From NCBI GenBank assembly GCA_965223545.1, contig OZ245006.1, positions 6,752,001 through 6,816,000 of the forward strand: a DNA stretch of 64,000 nt, read 5' to 3'. Below the pieces are notes generated by a model. The model made no database searches and had not been told where the DNA came from. It saw only the letters and a list, made by a program, of their open reading frames with translations. The position numbers and the translations under genes were made by a program. Numbering within the stretch: position 1 is the stretch's first letter; the number at the start of each line of letters is the position of its first letter. This document shows positions 1 to 10,814 of the stretch, one piece after another. Source of the DNA: Planctomycetota bacterium. GTDB taxonomy: Bacteria; Planctomycetota; UBA1135; UBA2386.

Positions 1-1
1 G

Positions 2-1384
2 CGGGACCGCGCCTGGGCCGAGGCCGAGGCGCGGTTCGGCGACGTGCAGCGCCTCAAGCTCGACTGCTTCGCGATTCAGATGGGTGAGCGCATCATGCTG
101 CAGAGGATCCAGTGGGGCATCATTGCCGTTCTCGCCGTGGCGTTGGTCGTGATGATGTTCGTCTACGCGAACACCGTCGGGGCGCAGCGCGCCATGCTGG
201 ACACGCTGCGCGCGGAGGCGGCCGCCAACATGGAGCGTGCGCAGCGCGAGGCGGCGCTCGCGCTCGAGTACCGTGCCGACGTCGAGGAGCTCGAGAGGCT
301 TTCGGGCGTGCTGCAGGCCCCGGCGCGCGAGCAGGTGCCGTCGACGCCCGAGTCGGTGACGGCGCACTGGCGCGCGCGCTTCTTGGAGAGGCCGGACGAC
401 GCCCGCCACGGGCTCGCCGTCGCGCGCGCCCTGCTGGAGCAGCTGGATCCGGCCGAGGCGGTCCGCGTCTTGGGAGAGATCTGGTCCGATCTCTCGGACG
501 GTCACAAATCGCGGGTGCTCGAGGCCGTCGCCGGCGCGCCCGGACACCCCGGGGTGCTGACGGTGATGCACTGGGGAGCGACGGACGGCGCGCTCGGCGT
601 GCAGAACGAGGCCTTCTCGCATCTCGCCAGCTACGCGTTCCAGAGCTTCTCCGACGACTACGACGCCTATCTCGCTTGGCATGCGCGCTGGGGCGACCGG
701 CCGCCCGGCGAGGTCCTGGAGGCCAACGCCCGCGAGTTCGTCGCCCGTCTGCACGGCCGGTCACCCGCAGAGCTCGCCGATGTCCTGCGCGACTTCAACC
801 GCCTCGACCTGCGCGTTGGCATCGGGCTGGGGATCGACGTTGCCGCAGTGCTCCGCGAGGCGGGAGTGCTGCGGGTCGTCGAGAGCTGGTTGACGTCGGA
901 GGATCGAGATACGTTGCGTCGCGCGTTCCGCTGGGCGGCGTCCCTCGAGCCCGGCGAGGCCTGGATGCGCCAGCACATGCTGCCGCTGGTGACGGCGTCA
1001 CAGACCGGCGTCGACGCACGCGCTGCCGCGGCGATGCGGGCGCTGGGGAGCCCCGACAACGCGTGGGCGGTTCCGGCGATCGTCGACTACCTGGGCCGCG
1101 TGGTTCCGCTGACGAAGGACGATACGCCGCACGATGGTGTCTGGAGCGGAGCGAGTGCGTTGGCGGGGATCGGCGATCCGTCGGTCATTCCCGTTTTGAT
1201 CGGTCATATCGTGGCGAACCCCTGCTACGACACTGTCTACGGCATCGGCTACTTCGGCCTCGGCAAGCTGACCGGCGTTTCCTGGGATGAGTCGCACGAC
1301 GCGGAGTGGTGGGTCGAGTGGTGGGACAAGAACTTGCAGCGTTTTCCGCCGCACGTGCAAGCGATCCCCATTCCCGGCCGATGA
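2..1384 (+). CDS. Membrane-anchored HEAT/ARM-repeat protein with N-terminal permease-prefix-like segment (5' partial)
   Basis: Frame is open from the window edge (RDRAWAEAEARFGDVQRLKLDCFAIQMGERIMLQR), resembling 'permease prefix' N-termini. It continues with a TM helix (WGIIAVLAVALVVMMFVYA), a coiled coil, HEAT-like repeats (ALAGIGDPSVIPVLI) and a C-terminal LGKLTG...WWVEWW motif. Confidence 0.6.
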   Translation, partial: RDRAWAEAEARFGDVQRLKLDCFAIQMGERIMLQRIQWGIIAVLAVALVVMMFVYANTVGAQRAMLDTLRAEAAANMERAQREAALALEYRADVEELERLSGVLQAPAREQVPSTPESVTAHWRARFLERPDDARHGLAVARALLEQLDPAEAVRVLGEIWSDLSDGHKSRVLEAVAGAPGHPGVLTVMHWGATDGALGVQNEAFSHLASYAFQSFSDDYDAYLAWHARWGDRPPGEVLEANAREFVARLHGRSPAELADVLRDFNRLDLRVGIGLGIDVAAVLREAGVLRVVESWLTSEDRDTLRRAFRWAASLEPGEAWMRQHMLPLVTASQTGVDARAAAAMRALGSPDNAWAVPAIVDYLGRVVPLTKDDTPHDGVWSGASALAGIGDPSVIPVLIGHIVANPCYDTVYGIGYFGLGKLTGVSWDESHDAEWWVEWWDKNLQRFPPHVQAIPIPGR

Positions 1385-1423
1385 TCGGTCGCCAAGAACG
1401 GCGAACCAGCGATCCCGACTGGC

Positions 1424-2596
1424 TCAAACCGCCGCGCGCAGCGCACCGACCGGCGTCAGCCGGCGGTGGGCCCAGCCCGGCACGGCGCCGGCGATCAGGC
1501 CCAACCCCAGCGCGATGCCGATGCCCAGCAGTGCGGTGTCGGGGGTGAGCTCGTAGCCGGGGATGCCGAAGGGGGTCAACGCGCGCGCGATGCTGGCCTG
1601 CAGGCCGTAGCCGACGGCCACGGCGGCGGCGCCGGCGAGGCCGCACAGCAACACCGACTCGAAGACCATCATCGCGAACACGCTGCCGTCGCCGAAGCCG
1701 AGCGCCTTGAGGACGCCGACGTCGCGCACGCGTTCGCGGCCGGCCATCAGCATGGTGTTGAGCACGGCGAAGAAGATCGCGAACAGCACCGCGCCGCCGA
1801 TCATGCGCAGCAGGGCGGGCACGTTGCCGAGCATGCTGAGGAACTGGCGTTGGAACTCGCCCTCGGTGGTGGTCTGCACCCGCTGGGGCCCGTTGGCGAA
1901 CAGCGCGTCGATGTCGGCCATCACCTGCGTGGGGCTGCCGTCGGGCGTGAGCTTGACCAGGTAGACGCCGACGCCATCGGGGCCGCGCGCCGCGCCGGAC
2001 TCGAGCGACTCGCGCAGGTAGTCGTAGTGGAAGAACATCGTGCGCTGGTCGAAGCTCGCCTGCTGCGTCGACTCGTAGATCGCCTCGACGACGAAGTCCC
2101 ACGCGCTGCCGTCGGCGTTGACGAAGATCGTGCCCTGCAGCGGGATCCTGCCGCCGACCTCGAAGCCGTACTCGGTGGCGAGATCGGCGCCGATGAGACA
2201 GCCGATGCGATTGCGGGCGAAGGCCTCGTAGCTGCCGTCCACGATGCGCATCTCGGGGTAGCTCTTCTGCAGCGTGTCGGTGTCGCAGCCGAACTGCGCG
2301 AAGTAGCCGGTCTCGTCGCGGTACTGGCCGCCGAACCACTGCCAGCGGCAGAGCCAATCGACGCCGTCGACGCGCTCGATCTTGGCTCCGTAGTTCAGCG
2401 GAAGATCCACGTACAAGCTGACGGCCGACTGCACCCACAGCCGTGTGTTCGACGCCTTGTCCACCGAGGTGGTGAGCGAGCGTGTCGTCGCCGTCAGCAT
2501 GCACAGCAAGAACACCGCCAGGAACACCGAGCCGAAGGTGAGCAGTGAGCGCAGGGGGTGCGCCCGGATGTTGCGCAGCACGAGCCGCAGCGGCAC
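1424..2596 (-). CDS. ABC transporter permease, MacB/FtsX family
   Basis: N-terminal [13 protein letters not shown] + TM, large periplasmic loop, FtsX-type motif [23 protein letters not shown]-terminal TMs. Confidence 0.9.
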   Translation of the reverse strand: MPLRLVLRNIRAHPLRSLLTFGSVFLAVFLLCMLTATTRSLTTSVDKASNTRLWVQSAVSLYVDLPLNYGAKIERVDGVDWLCRWQWFGGQYRDETGYFAQFGCDTDTLQKSYPEMRIVDGSYEAFARNRIGCLIGADLATEYGFEVGGRIPLQGTIFVNADGSAWDFVVEAIYESTQQASFDQRTMFFHYDYLRESLESGAARGPDGVGVYLVKLTPDGSPTQVMADIDALFANGPQRVQTTTEGEFQRQFLSMLGNVPALLRMIGGAVLFAIFFAVLNTMLMAGRERVRDVGVLKALGFGDGSVFAMMVFESVLLCGLAGAAAVAVGYGLQASIARALTPFGIPGYELTPDTALLGIGIALGLGLIAGAVPGWAHRRLTPVGALRAAV

Positions 2597-2597
2597 C

Positions 2598-3320
2598 TCA
2601 GCCCTCCTCCGCGCCCGCCGCCGCGACCGCGCGCGCCGTGGCCTCGATCGAGCCCAGCTTGCCCTTGTCGAGGCGCGCCACCTTGTCGGCGAACTCCGCG
2701 GCTTGCGGATCGTGCGTGACCATGAGGATGGTCTTGCCGAGCTCGGTGTTGAGCCGTTGCAGCAGCACGAGCACCTGGTCGGCAGACTCGCGGTCCAGAT
2801 CGCCGGTAGGCTCGTCGGCGAGCAGCAGGACCGGATCGGTGACGATGGCGCGGGCGATGGCGACGCGCTGCTCCTGCCCGCCGGACAGCTCCTTGGGCCG
2901 GTGCTTCATGCGGTCGCGCAGACCGACCAGGTCGAGCGCCAGCTCGGCGCGCTCGCGGCGCTCGCGGCGCGGAACCGGGGTCAGCATCAGCGCCAGCTCG
3001 AGGTTCTCGATCGCCGACAGCACCGGGATCAGATTGAACCCTTGAAACACGAAGCCGACGGTCTCGGCGCGCCACGCGGCGAGGCTCCTGTTGTCGAGCT
3101 CGGCGATGTCCTCGCCGTCGACCCACAGCTCGCCGGAATCGGGCCGGTCGAGACCGCCCAGCTGGTTGAGCAGAGTGGTCTTGCCGGAGCCCGAAGGCCC
3201 CATCAGCGCGTAGAACGCGCCGCGGGGCACCTGGAAGTCGAGCTCGTCCAAGACGCGCAGCGTCTGGCCGCCGCGCTCGTACCAGCGGCTGACGCCGCGC
3301 ACGTCGATCAGGGCACTCAC
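2598..3320 (-). CDS. ABC transporter ATP-binding protein (LolD/MacB-like)
   Basis: Walker A GPSGSGKT, signature [14 protein letters not shown], Walker [10 protein letters not shown]-loop VTHD. Confidence 0.95.
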   Translation of the reverse strand: MSALIDVRGVSRWYERGGQTLRVLDELDFQVPRGAFYALMGPSGSGKTTLLNQLGGLDRPDSGELWVDGEDIAELDNRSLAAWRAETVGFVFQGFNLIPVLSAIENLELALMLTPVPRRERRERAELALDLVGLRDRMKHRPKELSGGQEQRVAIARAIVTDPVLLLADEPTGDLDRESADQVLVLLQRLNTELGKTILMVTHDPQAAEFADKVARLDKGKLGSIEATARAVAAAGAEEG

Positions 3321-4762
3321 GATCCCCCCGCGATGCGCACGCGGTCGCCCGGTTGCAGGTCGAGCGGTGGCTCGATCACGACGCGCTGGCCGGGGCGGAG
3401 ACCGTCGCGGATCGCCACCTGGTTGCCGCGCCGGCTGCCGAGGCGGACCGCCGCGAACGCCACCACGTCGCGCTCGAGGGTGAACACGCCGTCGGTGCCG
3501 TCGACCTGAACCACCGCGGATTGGGGCACGAGGATGGCGGGGCCGCCGGCCGCCGGCTCCCGCGCGCCGCTCGCCTCGGCAACACCCGCCTCCTCATCGG
3601 CCGGTGTGCTCGAGAACACGACCCGCACACCCATCTCCGGTCGCAGCCGGTCGTCCTTGTCGAGCAGCGCGATGCGGACTTCGATGGTCGCCTTCTGTCG
3701 GTTGGCGGTCGGCCAGATCCGGTCGACCCGACCGCGGTACGGCGTGTCGGGGTAGGCGTCGAGATAGATCGTCGCCTCGCCGCCGACGGCGACGCCGGCG
3801 ACGCTGGTCTCGGGTACCTCGGCCTGCGCTTCGAGCGAGTCGAGGTCGACCATCGTGCACACCGAGCCGCGTGCGTTGGAGCCGCCCTGCGAGTTGGGCG
3901 AGACGACCTCGCCGACTTCGGCGTCCTTCAGCACGACGATGCCGTCGAACGGGGCGCGCACCTCGGTCTTGTCGAGTGTTGCCTGGGCCAGGTCGCGCGC
4001 CGCGCGGCGCTCGTCGACCACGGCCTCGGCGCTGCGCTGGCGCGCCTGCGCGGTCGCGATGCGCGCCGCCGCCAGGCCGACCTGCGCGTCGGCGGCGGCG
4101 CGGCGGGCGCGGGCGGCACTGAGGCGGGCGGTGTCGCGGTCGAGCGCGGCCTTGGCGCTGTCCAGCGCGCGCTGCTCGCCGACGCCGCTCTCCCGCAGCG
4201 TCGCCGCCCGCCGGTGCTCGATCTCGGCGAGCGCCGCCGCGGCTTCGGCCTCGGCCACGGCCTGCTCCGCGGCCTCGGCGCTGCGCTCCTCTTGGCGGTG
4301 GTCGGCCTCTGCCTGCGCGACCTCCGCGGCCGCCCGTTCCACTTCGACCGCGGCAGTGCCGAGCTCGGCTTCGGCGCGGCGCAGCGAGGCGGCGTACTCG
4401 GCCGCGTACAGGCGGGCGACGACGTCGCCGCGGCGCACCACCGACCCCTCGGTGACGTTGAGCTCGACGATGCGCCCGGGCGTGTCGGCGGACAACGCCG
4501 CGCGGCGCGCGGCGACGATGTGGCCGTTGGCCGCCGTGCCGCGCGCGGCGGCCGCGGCGGCGGGGTGGCTCTCGGTCACCTGCAGCACCTGCACCTCGGG
4601 CAGTCGCACGCGGTCGAGCCAGCGGTTGAGGGGACCCCAGAACAGCGCCACCGCGCCGCCGGCGACCAGCAGCCCGACGCCGCGGCCGAACCACGGGCTG
4701 CGCGCGGCGCTGGTCCGGCGACGGCCAGCGCCGCGCTCGATCTTCAGGCCGGAGACGTCCAC
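3317..4762 (-). CDS. Efflux periplasmic adaptor (MacA/HlyD membrane fusion protein)
   Basis: TM anchor, lipoyl halves (GRIVELNVTEGSVVRRGD; VRAPFDGIV), long alpha hairpin, LRPEMG motif. Start re-picked at GTG 4762. Overlaps the ATPase start by 4 nt. Confidence 0.88.
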   Translation of the reverse strand: MDVSGLKIERGAGRRRTSAARSPWFGRGVGLLVAGGAVALFWGPLNRWLDRVRLPEVQVLQVTESHPAAAAAARGTAANGHIVAARRAALSADTPGRIVELNVTEGSVVRRGDVVARLYAAEYAASLRRAEAELGTAAVEVERAAAEVAQAEADHRQEERSAEAAEQAVAEAEAAAALAEIEHRRAATLRESGVGEQRALDSAKAALDRDTARLSAARARRAAADAQVGLAAARIATAQARQRSAEAVVDERRAARDLAQATLDKTEVRAPFDGIVVLKDAEVGEVVSPNSQGGSNARGSVCTMVDLDSLEAQAEVPETSVAGVAVGGEATIYLDAYPDTPYRGRVDRIWPTANRQKATIEVRIALLDKDDRLRPEMGVRVVFSSTPADEEAGVAEASGAREPAAGGPAILVPQSAVVQVDGTDGVFTLERDVVAFAAVRLGSRRGNQVAIRDGLRPGQRVVIEPPLDLQPGDRVRIAGGS

Positions 4763-4868
4763 GGCCGGGCAAGCTACCACATCGGGCCGCCAACGCGATG
4801 CCGCGAAGGCAAGGCGTTCGATCCGTGGACTGGGGCGGTGGCCGGCGGTCCGGTATGGTGCCGGCCCG

Positions 4869-7800
4869 ATGACGGACGTGCGGTGTCGCCCGGCGGTCGG
4901 CGTGCAGGACGCGGTGCGCGTCGCGCAAGAGCACTTCGGCCTGCAGGTTGCCGCGGCGCGCGAGCTGCCGAGCGAGCGCGACCGCAACTTCGAGCTGCGC
5001 GGCGATCGCGGCACGGTCGTCTGCAAGTTCGCCAACCCGGCCGAGCCGGATGCGCGCCTCGAGCTGCAAAACCGAATGCTGCGCCAGCTCGAGGCCGAGG
5101 GGCTGCCGCCGGACAGCGTGCCGCGGCTGGTGCCGACGACCGGCGGTGCGGTGATGCCGGCGGTCGACTGCGGCGGCGCGCGGCTGCGCGTGCGCTGCCT
5201 GACGCACTTGCCGGGCGTGCCGCTGGCCCGCTATCGGCCGCACGATGTGGAGTTGCTCGGGGCGATCGGGGCTCTGCTGGCGCGGATCGATTCGGCGCTG
5301 TCCAAGCTCGGCGACCCCGGCGCGTCGCCGGACGAGTTCTGCTGGGACCTGCTCGGTGCGGATGCGGTGATCGCGCGCGGTGCGCCGCGCATCGCGGATC
5401 GAGCGACGCGGGCGCGCGTCGACGCGATCGGCGAGGTGTTGGCGCGCGAAGTGCTGCCCGCCGCCGCCGCACTGCCGCGGAGCCTGATCCACAACGACGC
5501 CAACGACTACAACGTGCTGGTCGCGGCGCGCGGGCCGGCGCAGGCGCCGCGCGTCGGGTTGATCGACTTCGGCGACGCGGTGGTGTCGGTTTCGATCGCC
5601 GAGCTGGCCGTCGGCATCGCCTACGCCGTGCTGGGCAAACGCGCGCCCCTGGCGGTGGCGTGCGCGATGACCGCCGGCTACCACGGCGAACGGCAGCTGG
5701 CGGAAGACGAGCTGCGGGTCTTGTGGCCGCTAGCGAGGGCGCGGCTCGCGCTGAGCGCGGCCAACGCGGCCGTGCAGTGCGAGGCAGCACCCGACAACGA
5801 CTACCTCGCGGTGTCGCAGGCAGCGGTCGCCGAGGCGCTGGCGAGTACCGAGGCGGTGCACCCGCGCTTGGCGGAGGCCGCGCTGCGCGATGCGTGTGGG
5901 TTGCCGGCGTCTCCCCATGGCGCCCGCGTCGGCGCTTGGCTGGCCGGCCAAGCCAGCGCGCTGTCCACCGTGCTCGGCGAGCCGTGGGGCGTCGCCGACG
6001 CGACTCTGTTGGACGCCAGCGTCGGCGGCGGGGACGGCGAGGCTCTGTCCGCCGCTGCCCCGGAGGCCGGGCTGGCGCTCGGCCGCTACGACGAGGCGCG
6101 CGCAGTGTACACCGCCGCCGGGTTCGCAGTGGCCAGCGACGACGGAGAGCAGCGGCGGACGGTGCACCTCGGCGTCGACCTGTGCGCGCCGGCGGGCACC
6201 GCAGTGCGGGCGCCGCTCGACGGCGAGGTCGTCGTCGTCGCCGACCGCGACGCGGAGCTCGACTACGGTCCACTGGTCGTGCTCTGGCACCGGCCCGCGG
6301 GCGGCCCCGAGTTCGCGACGCTGTACGGGCATCTCGATCCCGCAGTGCTCGACGGGTTGGAGGTCGGCCAGCGCGTCGCGGCGGGCCGGGCGTTCGCGGC
6401 GATCGGCGCGCCGCCGCGCAACGGCGGCTGGCGCCCGCACCTGCACCTACAAGTGCTGGCAGACTTGCTCGACGTGCGCACCGCGCGCGACTTTCCCGGC
6501 GTCTGCGACCCGGCGCAGCGCGCGGTGTGGACCGCCTTGTGTCCCGATCCAAGTCCGCTGGTCGGTGTCGACGTGCGTGCCCCGCAGCGTTCGAGCGCAG
6601 CCCTGCGCGCCCAGCGCGACGCGCGCCTGGGGCCGTCGTTGAGCTTGGCCTACGACCGGCCGCTGCAAATCGTGCGCGGCCGCGGTGCGCACCTGTTCGA
6701 CGCCGATGGCCGGGCCTATCTCGACTGCGTCAACAACGTTTGCCATGTCGGCCACGCCCACCCGCGGGTGGTGGCAGCACTGGCGGCGCAAGCGGCGCTG
6801 CTCAACACCAATACGCGCTATCTGCACGAGAATCTGTCAGCCTACGCCGAGCGCCTGACCGCGCGCTTGCCGGCGCCGTTGACGCACTGCTTCTTCGTCT
6901 GCTCGGGCAGCGAGGCCAACGAGCTGGCGCTGCGCATGGCGCGCGCCGCCACCGGCCGCCACGGCGTGGTGATGTTGGAGGGGGCGTACCACGGCAACAC
7001 CCAGGCGCTGGTCGACATCAGTCCGTACAAGCACGACGGGCCCGGCGGTGGCGGTGCGCCGCCTTGGGCGCGCGCGGCCGCGCTGCCCCACGGCTACCGC
7101 GGTTGCGTGCGCGGGCCGCGCGACACCGTGGGAGAGGCCTATGCAGCGCGCGTGCGCGACGCCCTGGCGGCTCTGGTCGACAGCGGCTGGCCGCCGGCGG
7201 CGTTCATCGCCGAGTCCATCGGTGGCGTCGCCGGTCAAATCGTCTGGCCCGACGGCTACCTGGCGGCGGCCTACCGTCACGCGCGCGCCGCGGGGGCGTT
7301 GTGCATTGCCGACGAGGTGCAGGTCGGCTTCGGCCGCGTGGGCTCCCACTTCTGGGCGTTCGAGAGCCAAGGCGTGGTGCCGGACATCGTCACCCTGGGC
7401 AAGCCGATCGGCAACGGTCACCCGCTGGCGGCGGTGGTCACCACCGAGGCGATCGCGCGCGCGTTCGCCAACGGGATGGAGTACTTCAATACCTTCGGTG
7501 GCAACCCGGTTTCGTGCGCGGTCGGCATGGCGGTGCTCGACGTCATCGACAGCGAGCAGCTGATGGCGCGGGCGGACCGGGTCGGTGCGCAGCTGATCTC
7601 GGGGTTGCGCGAGGTACAGCAGCGCCGCGCGCTGATCGGCGAAGTGCGCGGACTCGGGCTGTTCGTCGGCGTGGAGCTGGTCACCGATCGCACCGAGCGC
7701 ACCCCGGCGGCGGCGCACGCCAGCCGCGTCTGCGAGCGGCTGCGCGCGCGCGGCATTCTGCTCAGCACCGATGGACCGGACCACAACGTGCTCAAGATCA

Positions 7801-7898
7801 AGCCGCCGATGGTGTTCTCGGCGGCCGATGCCGAGCGGCTGGTGGCCGAGCTCGACGCGGTGTTGGGCGAAGACGCGCTGCAGGTCGGTAGCGCATGA
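4869..7898 (+). CDS. Fusion of APH/hydroxylysine-kinase-like phosphotransferase, M23 peptidase domain and class III PLP aminotransferase/phospho-lyase
   Basis: LPSERDRNF, IHNDANDYN and IDFGD (APH kinase); HLGVD and HLH (M23); YLDCVNNV, DEVQVGFGR, TLGKPIGNG, YFNTFGGNP (class III PLP enzyme). Start ATG 4869. Confidence 0.9.
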   Translation: MTDVRCRPAVGVQDAVRVAQEHFGLQVAAARELPSERDRNFELRGDRGTVVCKFANPAEPDARLELQNRMLRQLEAEGLPPDSVPRLVPTTGGAVMPAVDCGGARLRVRCLTHLPGVPLARYRPHDVELLGAIGALLARIDSALSKLGDPGASPDEFCWDLLGADAVIARGAPRIADRATRARVDAIGEVLAREVLPAAAALPRSLIHNDANDYNVLVAARGPAQAPRVGLIDFGDAVVSVSIAELAVGIAYAVLGKRAPLAVACAMTAGYHGERQLAEDELRVLWPLARARLALSAANAAVQCEAAPDNDYLAVSQAAVAEALASTEAVHPRLAEAALRDACGLPASPHGARVGAWLAGQASALSTVLGEPWGVADATLLDASVGGGDGEALSAAAPEAGLALGRYDEARAVYTAAGFAVASDDGEQRRTVHLGVDLCAPAGTAVRAPLDGEVVVVADRDAELDYGPLVVLWHRPAGGPEFATLYGHLDPAVLDGLEVGQRVAAGRAFAAIGAPPRNGGWRPHLHLQVLADLLDVRTARDFPGVCDPAQRAVWTALCPDPSPLVGVDVRAPQRSSAALRAQRDARLGPSLSLAYDRPLQIVRGRGAHLFDADGRAYLDCVNNVCHVGHAHPRVVAALAAQAALLNTNTRYLHENLSAYAERLTARLPAPLTHCFFVCSGSEANELALRMARAATGRHGVVMLEGAYHGNTQALVDISPYKHDGPGGGGAPPWARAAALPHGYRGCVRGPRDTVGEAYAARVRDALAALVDSGWPPAAFIAESIGGVAGQIVWPDGYLAAAYRHARAAGALCIADEVQVGFGRVGSHFWAFESQGVVPDIVTLGKPIGNGHPLAAVVTTEAIARAFANGMEYFNTFGGNPVSCAVGMAVLDVIDSEQLMARADRVGAQLISGLREVQQRRALIGEVRGLGLFVGVELVTDRTERTPAAAHASRVCERLRARGILLSTDGPDHNVLKIKPPMVFSAADAERLVAELDAVLGEDALQVGSA

Positions 7899-9502
7899 CC
7901 CGGATCACGGAGGCTCCCGCGGCGTCGCCGGTGGCGCGGTGGGCGGCGGTCGCGTTGCTGGTCTGCGTCGGCGCGGCGCTGCACCTGCCGTTTCTGGCGC
8001 GCCCTTTCGGCCCGATGGAGGTCAACGCCGGCAACTACTTCGGCGTGTTCGCGGTCAACTGGGAACGCCACGGTCTGCTGGCCACGCGCGGGGCGCCGCT
8101 GGCGCCGCGCCCCGTCGACAACTTGGCGACGGCGGTGCCCTACCTCAATCACCCGCCGGGCTTCGCCTGGCTGAGTGCCGCCTTCGGCAGTGACGAGTGG
8201 CAGATTCGCGCGCCGACCGCGATCGGCGGGGTGCTCGCCAGCGTGCTGCTGCTGCACGTCCTGTGGCCACTGCTGGGTGGTGCCTCGGCGCTGCTGGCGG
8301 CGCTGCTGCTGTTGGCCGCGCCGATGCACGTGTTCTTTTCGGTCGGCAGCTACGAGAACGCGGTCTTGCCGCTCGGCCTGTTGGCCTTGCTGGCGTTCGA
8401 TCGCGCTGCGCGTGCGCAGGGGGCGTCCCGGCGCCGGTGGCGGTGGGTGCTGGCGTCGGCGTCCGTCGTCGGGCCGTGGATGGACTGGCCGTACGGGTTC
8501 ATGTGTCTGGCGATGGTGCCGCTCGCGCTGACCAGTGGACTGCGCGCGGGCGTGCGGCGGCTGGTGCTGCCGTGGGTGCTGTCGGCAGTGTCGATCGGCG
8601 GCTACGTACTTTGGACGGTTTGGGTCGTGCGCGCCCCCGGGATGCCGCCGGCGGCGAGCCTTTTGGTCTCGGTCAGCAGCGTGCTCTCGGCACCGGACGC
8701 GGGCGGCGCGGCCACACCGGTGCTGGCCGCGCTCGCCGACGGGCTGCGGCAGCTGGCGTTGGGCTACGGCGTGGTCGGCGACCCGCGCGACGCCTGGCCC
8801 GCGCTGCGCGCGCCGGTGTTGTGCCTCGCGTTCGCCGGCACTCTGGTGTTGCTGCGCCGGGCGCCGGCGTGGTGGGTGGCGATGGCGATCGCCGGTGTGC
8901 TCAACCTGTGCGTGATGACCGAGCACACGCGCACGCACGTGTTCTTCTGGGCCTACCTGGGGCCGTGGGTGGCGGCGTCGGGCGCCGCGCTGCCGCTGGC
9001 GTTTTCCGCCGGGATCTGGCGGCGGGTCAGCGTCGCCGGGGTCGGCGTGATCGTGGCCTGGTGCGGCGTCCAAGGCGTCGCGCATCTGCGCCAATCGTCG
9101 ACGCCCCTCTTTGCCGAAGTCGGTGCCGCGCTGACGCGGGCCACGCAGCCGGCGGATGCCGGTGGCCGCCCCGCGGCGGTGTTGCTGATCCCGCCGCTGA
9201 CCTACGGCTACTACTTGCGCAGTGATCTCTGCACGCGGCAGCCGCTGGTCGATCCGCGCCAGCTCGAGGCGCTGCGCACCGGCGCCGACCGCGGCGTCGG
9301 CCTGCGCTACCTGGTGCTCGAGCTCGAGGGCTCGGCGGTGGCCGCGCTGCCCGGCTTCGCGCAGCCGCCGGCGCTGGCCGAATACCTCGACGCGTTCGCG
9401 CGGACGCCGGTTCCGGAGCTGATCGGCCTGGCGGCCGAGGTGCCCGGCTACGGTTTGTCGGCTCGAGTGCGGGCGGCGTATCTGGTGACGCTGCGGGAGT
9501 GA
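7895..9502 (+). CDS. Polytopic membrane protein, GT-C/ArnT (GT39/GT83-like) glycosyltransferase
   Basis: Multiple TMs, loop motif YLNHPPGF followed by EWQIR (typical of ArnT/PMT-like proteins). ATGA overlap with the upstream gene. Confidence 0.65.
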   Translation: MTRITEAPAASPVARWAAVALLVCVGAALHLPFLARPFGPMEVNAGNYFGVFAVNWERHGLLATRGAPLAPRPVDNLATAVPYLNHPPGFAWLSAAFGSDEWQIRAPTAIGGVLASVLLLHVLWPLLGGASALLAALLLLAAPMHVFFSVGSYENAVLPLGLLALLAFDRAARAQGASRRRWRWVLASASVVGPWMDWPYGFMCLAMVPLALTSGLRAGVRRLVLPWVLSAVSIGGYVLWTVWVVRAPGMPPAASLLVSVSSVLSAPDAGGAATPVLAALADGLRQLALGYGVVGDPRDAWPALRAPVLCLAFAGTLVLLRRAPAWWVAMAIAGVLNLCVMTEHTRTHVFFWAYLGPWVAASGAALPLAFSAGIWRRVSVAGVGVIVAWCGVQGVAHLRQSSTPLFAEVGAALTRATQPADAGGRPAAVLLIPPLTYGYYLRSDLCTRQPLVDPRQLEALRTGADRGVGLRYLVLELEGSAVAALPGFAQPPALAEYLDAFARTPVPELIGLAAEVPGYGLSARVRAAYLVTLRE

Positions 9503-9552
9503 GCTCGAGGGCGGCGCATCATAGGCAGGTATCGCCAAGCAGGGGGTTGCCG

Positions 9553-10701
9553 TCAGGGCGCGAGAGTGCGCATCGCCGGCAGCGTGAGCGTGGCGCTGCC
9601 GGTGGGCAGCAGCACCGCGGCCTGCAGGGCCAGCGGGGTCAGCGGCGCGTTCACCGGAATCGGAAACGCGCCCGTGAGGCTACCGCCGCCGCCGATGGTC
9701 CCGGCCTGCAGCACGGCCCACGGGGTGCCGACGAACCACGTGCCCAACGGCCCGGCCGCGATCGGTGCCGCGGGCAGCCCGGCGACCAAGACGCTGGCCG
9801 ACCCAGCGGGCGCGTGTACGGCCGTCGCCAGCTGACCCGCGACGACGCTGGCGTCGGTCCACGGCACCGTGGTCGCGATCCAGGTGACCGGTCCCTCGAC
9901 CAGACCGGCGCCGTTCACCGGCACCAGCGACAGGCCGAAGTCGGTGCGCACGGTGGTGAGCGAAGCGCTCGTGCTGGCCTGGCCGTCGACCGCCGGCGCG
10001 GGCAGCGGGCCGCCGGTGCCGGCGGCGATCGAGGCGCCGGGGCCTCCGGAGGCGGCGAGGGTGGCGTCGCGGATGGCGACGCCCGGCCCGGGGCCGACGG
10101 TCGCGTTCCCCGGGCCGCCGACCAGGACCGTCTCGGCGGCGGCGACGCGTCCTCGGAGCACGGTCATCGCCGGCGCGCCGACGGCGGTGGCGCGCAGGTC
10201 GCAGCGGTGCAGCACGACACCACTGCTCGCCGTGTGCAGGGCCTCGCCCGCGGTCGCGGTCGCCGTCACCGCCTGCAGCGACACGCGCCCACTCTGCACC
10301 AGTCGAATGCCACCGCCGAGGCGCAAGCTCTCGAGGTGGACCTGGCCGGTGCTGCCGCTGACCGATACCTGGGCCGGCGAGGTGAAGCCGCGCACCAGGG
10401 TCGGCCCGTCGACCAGATCGATGCGGATCACGTCGCCGGCACTGCCCACCGTCACGCCGGGAAAGGCCTCCACCGTCAGGTGCGTCAGCGCGATCGAGAA
10501 CGACGAGTAGGCGCCCGGCAGCACGGTGATCCGGTCGCCCGGCGCAGCGGCGGCGATCGCCGCGGGAATGTCGGTGAAGTTTCCGCCGCCGCCGGCGGCG
10601 ACGACCCAAGTCGTCTGTGCCGGGGCGCTGCTGACGGTCACGGCGGCGATGACGAGGCCGGCGGCAGCGGCCGGCGGGGCGAGGAGCGAAAGGGTCGGCA
10701 C
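9553..10701 (-). CDS. Exported protein: pectin-lyase-like beta-helix N-terminus plus shared C-terminal domain
   Basis: Signal peptide ending APAQ, FTDIPAAIAAAAPGDRITVLPGAY beta-helix cap motif. Start approximate (GTG 10701). Confidence 0.65.
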   Translation of the reverse strand: MPTLSLLAPPAAAAGLVIAAVTVSSAPAQTTWVVAAGGGGNFTDIPAAIAAAAPGDRITVLPGAYSSFSIALTHLTVEAFPGVTVGSAGDVIRIDLVDGPTLVRGFTSPAQVSVSGSTGQVHLESLRLGGGIRLVQSGRVSLQAVTATATAGEALHTASSGVVLHRCDLRATAVGAPAMTVLRGRVAAAETVLVGGPGNATVGPGPGVAIRDATLAASGGPGASIAAGTGGPLPAPAVDGQASTSASLTTVRTDFGLSLVPVNGAGLVEGPVTWIATTVPWTDASVVAGQLATAVHAPAGSASVLVAGLPAAPIAAGPLGTWFVGTPWAVLQAGTIGGGGSLTGAFPIPVNAPLTPLALQAAVLLPTGSATLTLPAMRTLAP

Positions 10702-10814
10702 CCATCCAAGATACGCTCGCGGTGCTGGAGTGGCTGGTTCCACGGTGTTGCCCTTTTCCCTGGCCCCTCTGGACGCGAGCCAACGTCCTGGCGGCGTGCG
10801 CTCCGATTCCAACC

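Noticed and set aside
3353..7891. 1512-aa plus-strand ORF and many other long Arg/Ala/Pro-rich ORFs (e.g. 34520-39364, 53245 N-part, 21661 N-part)
   Set aside because: Shadow or off-frame ORFs expected at very high GC. They lack motifs and overlap well-supported genes.
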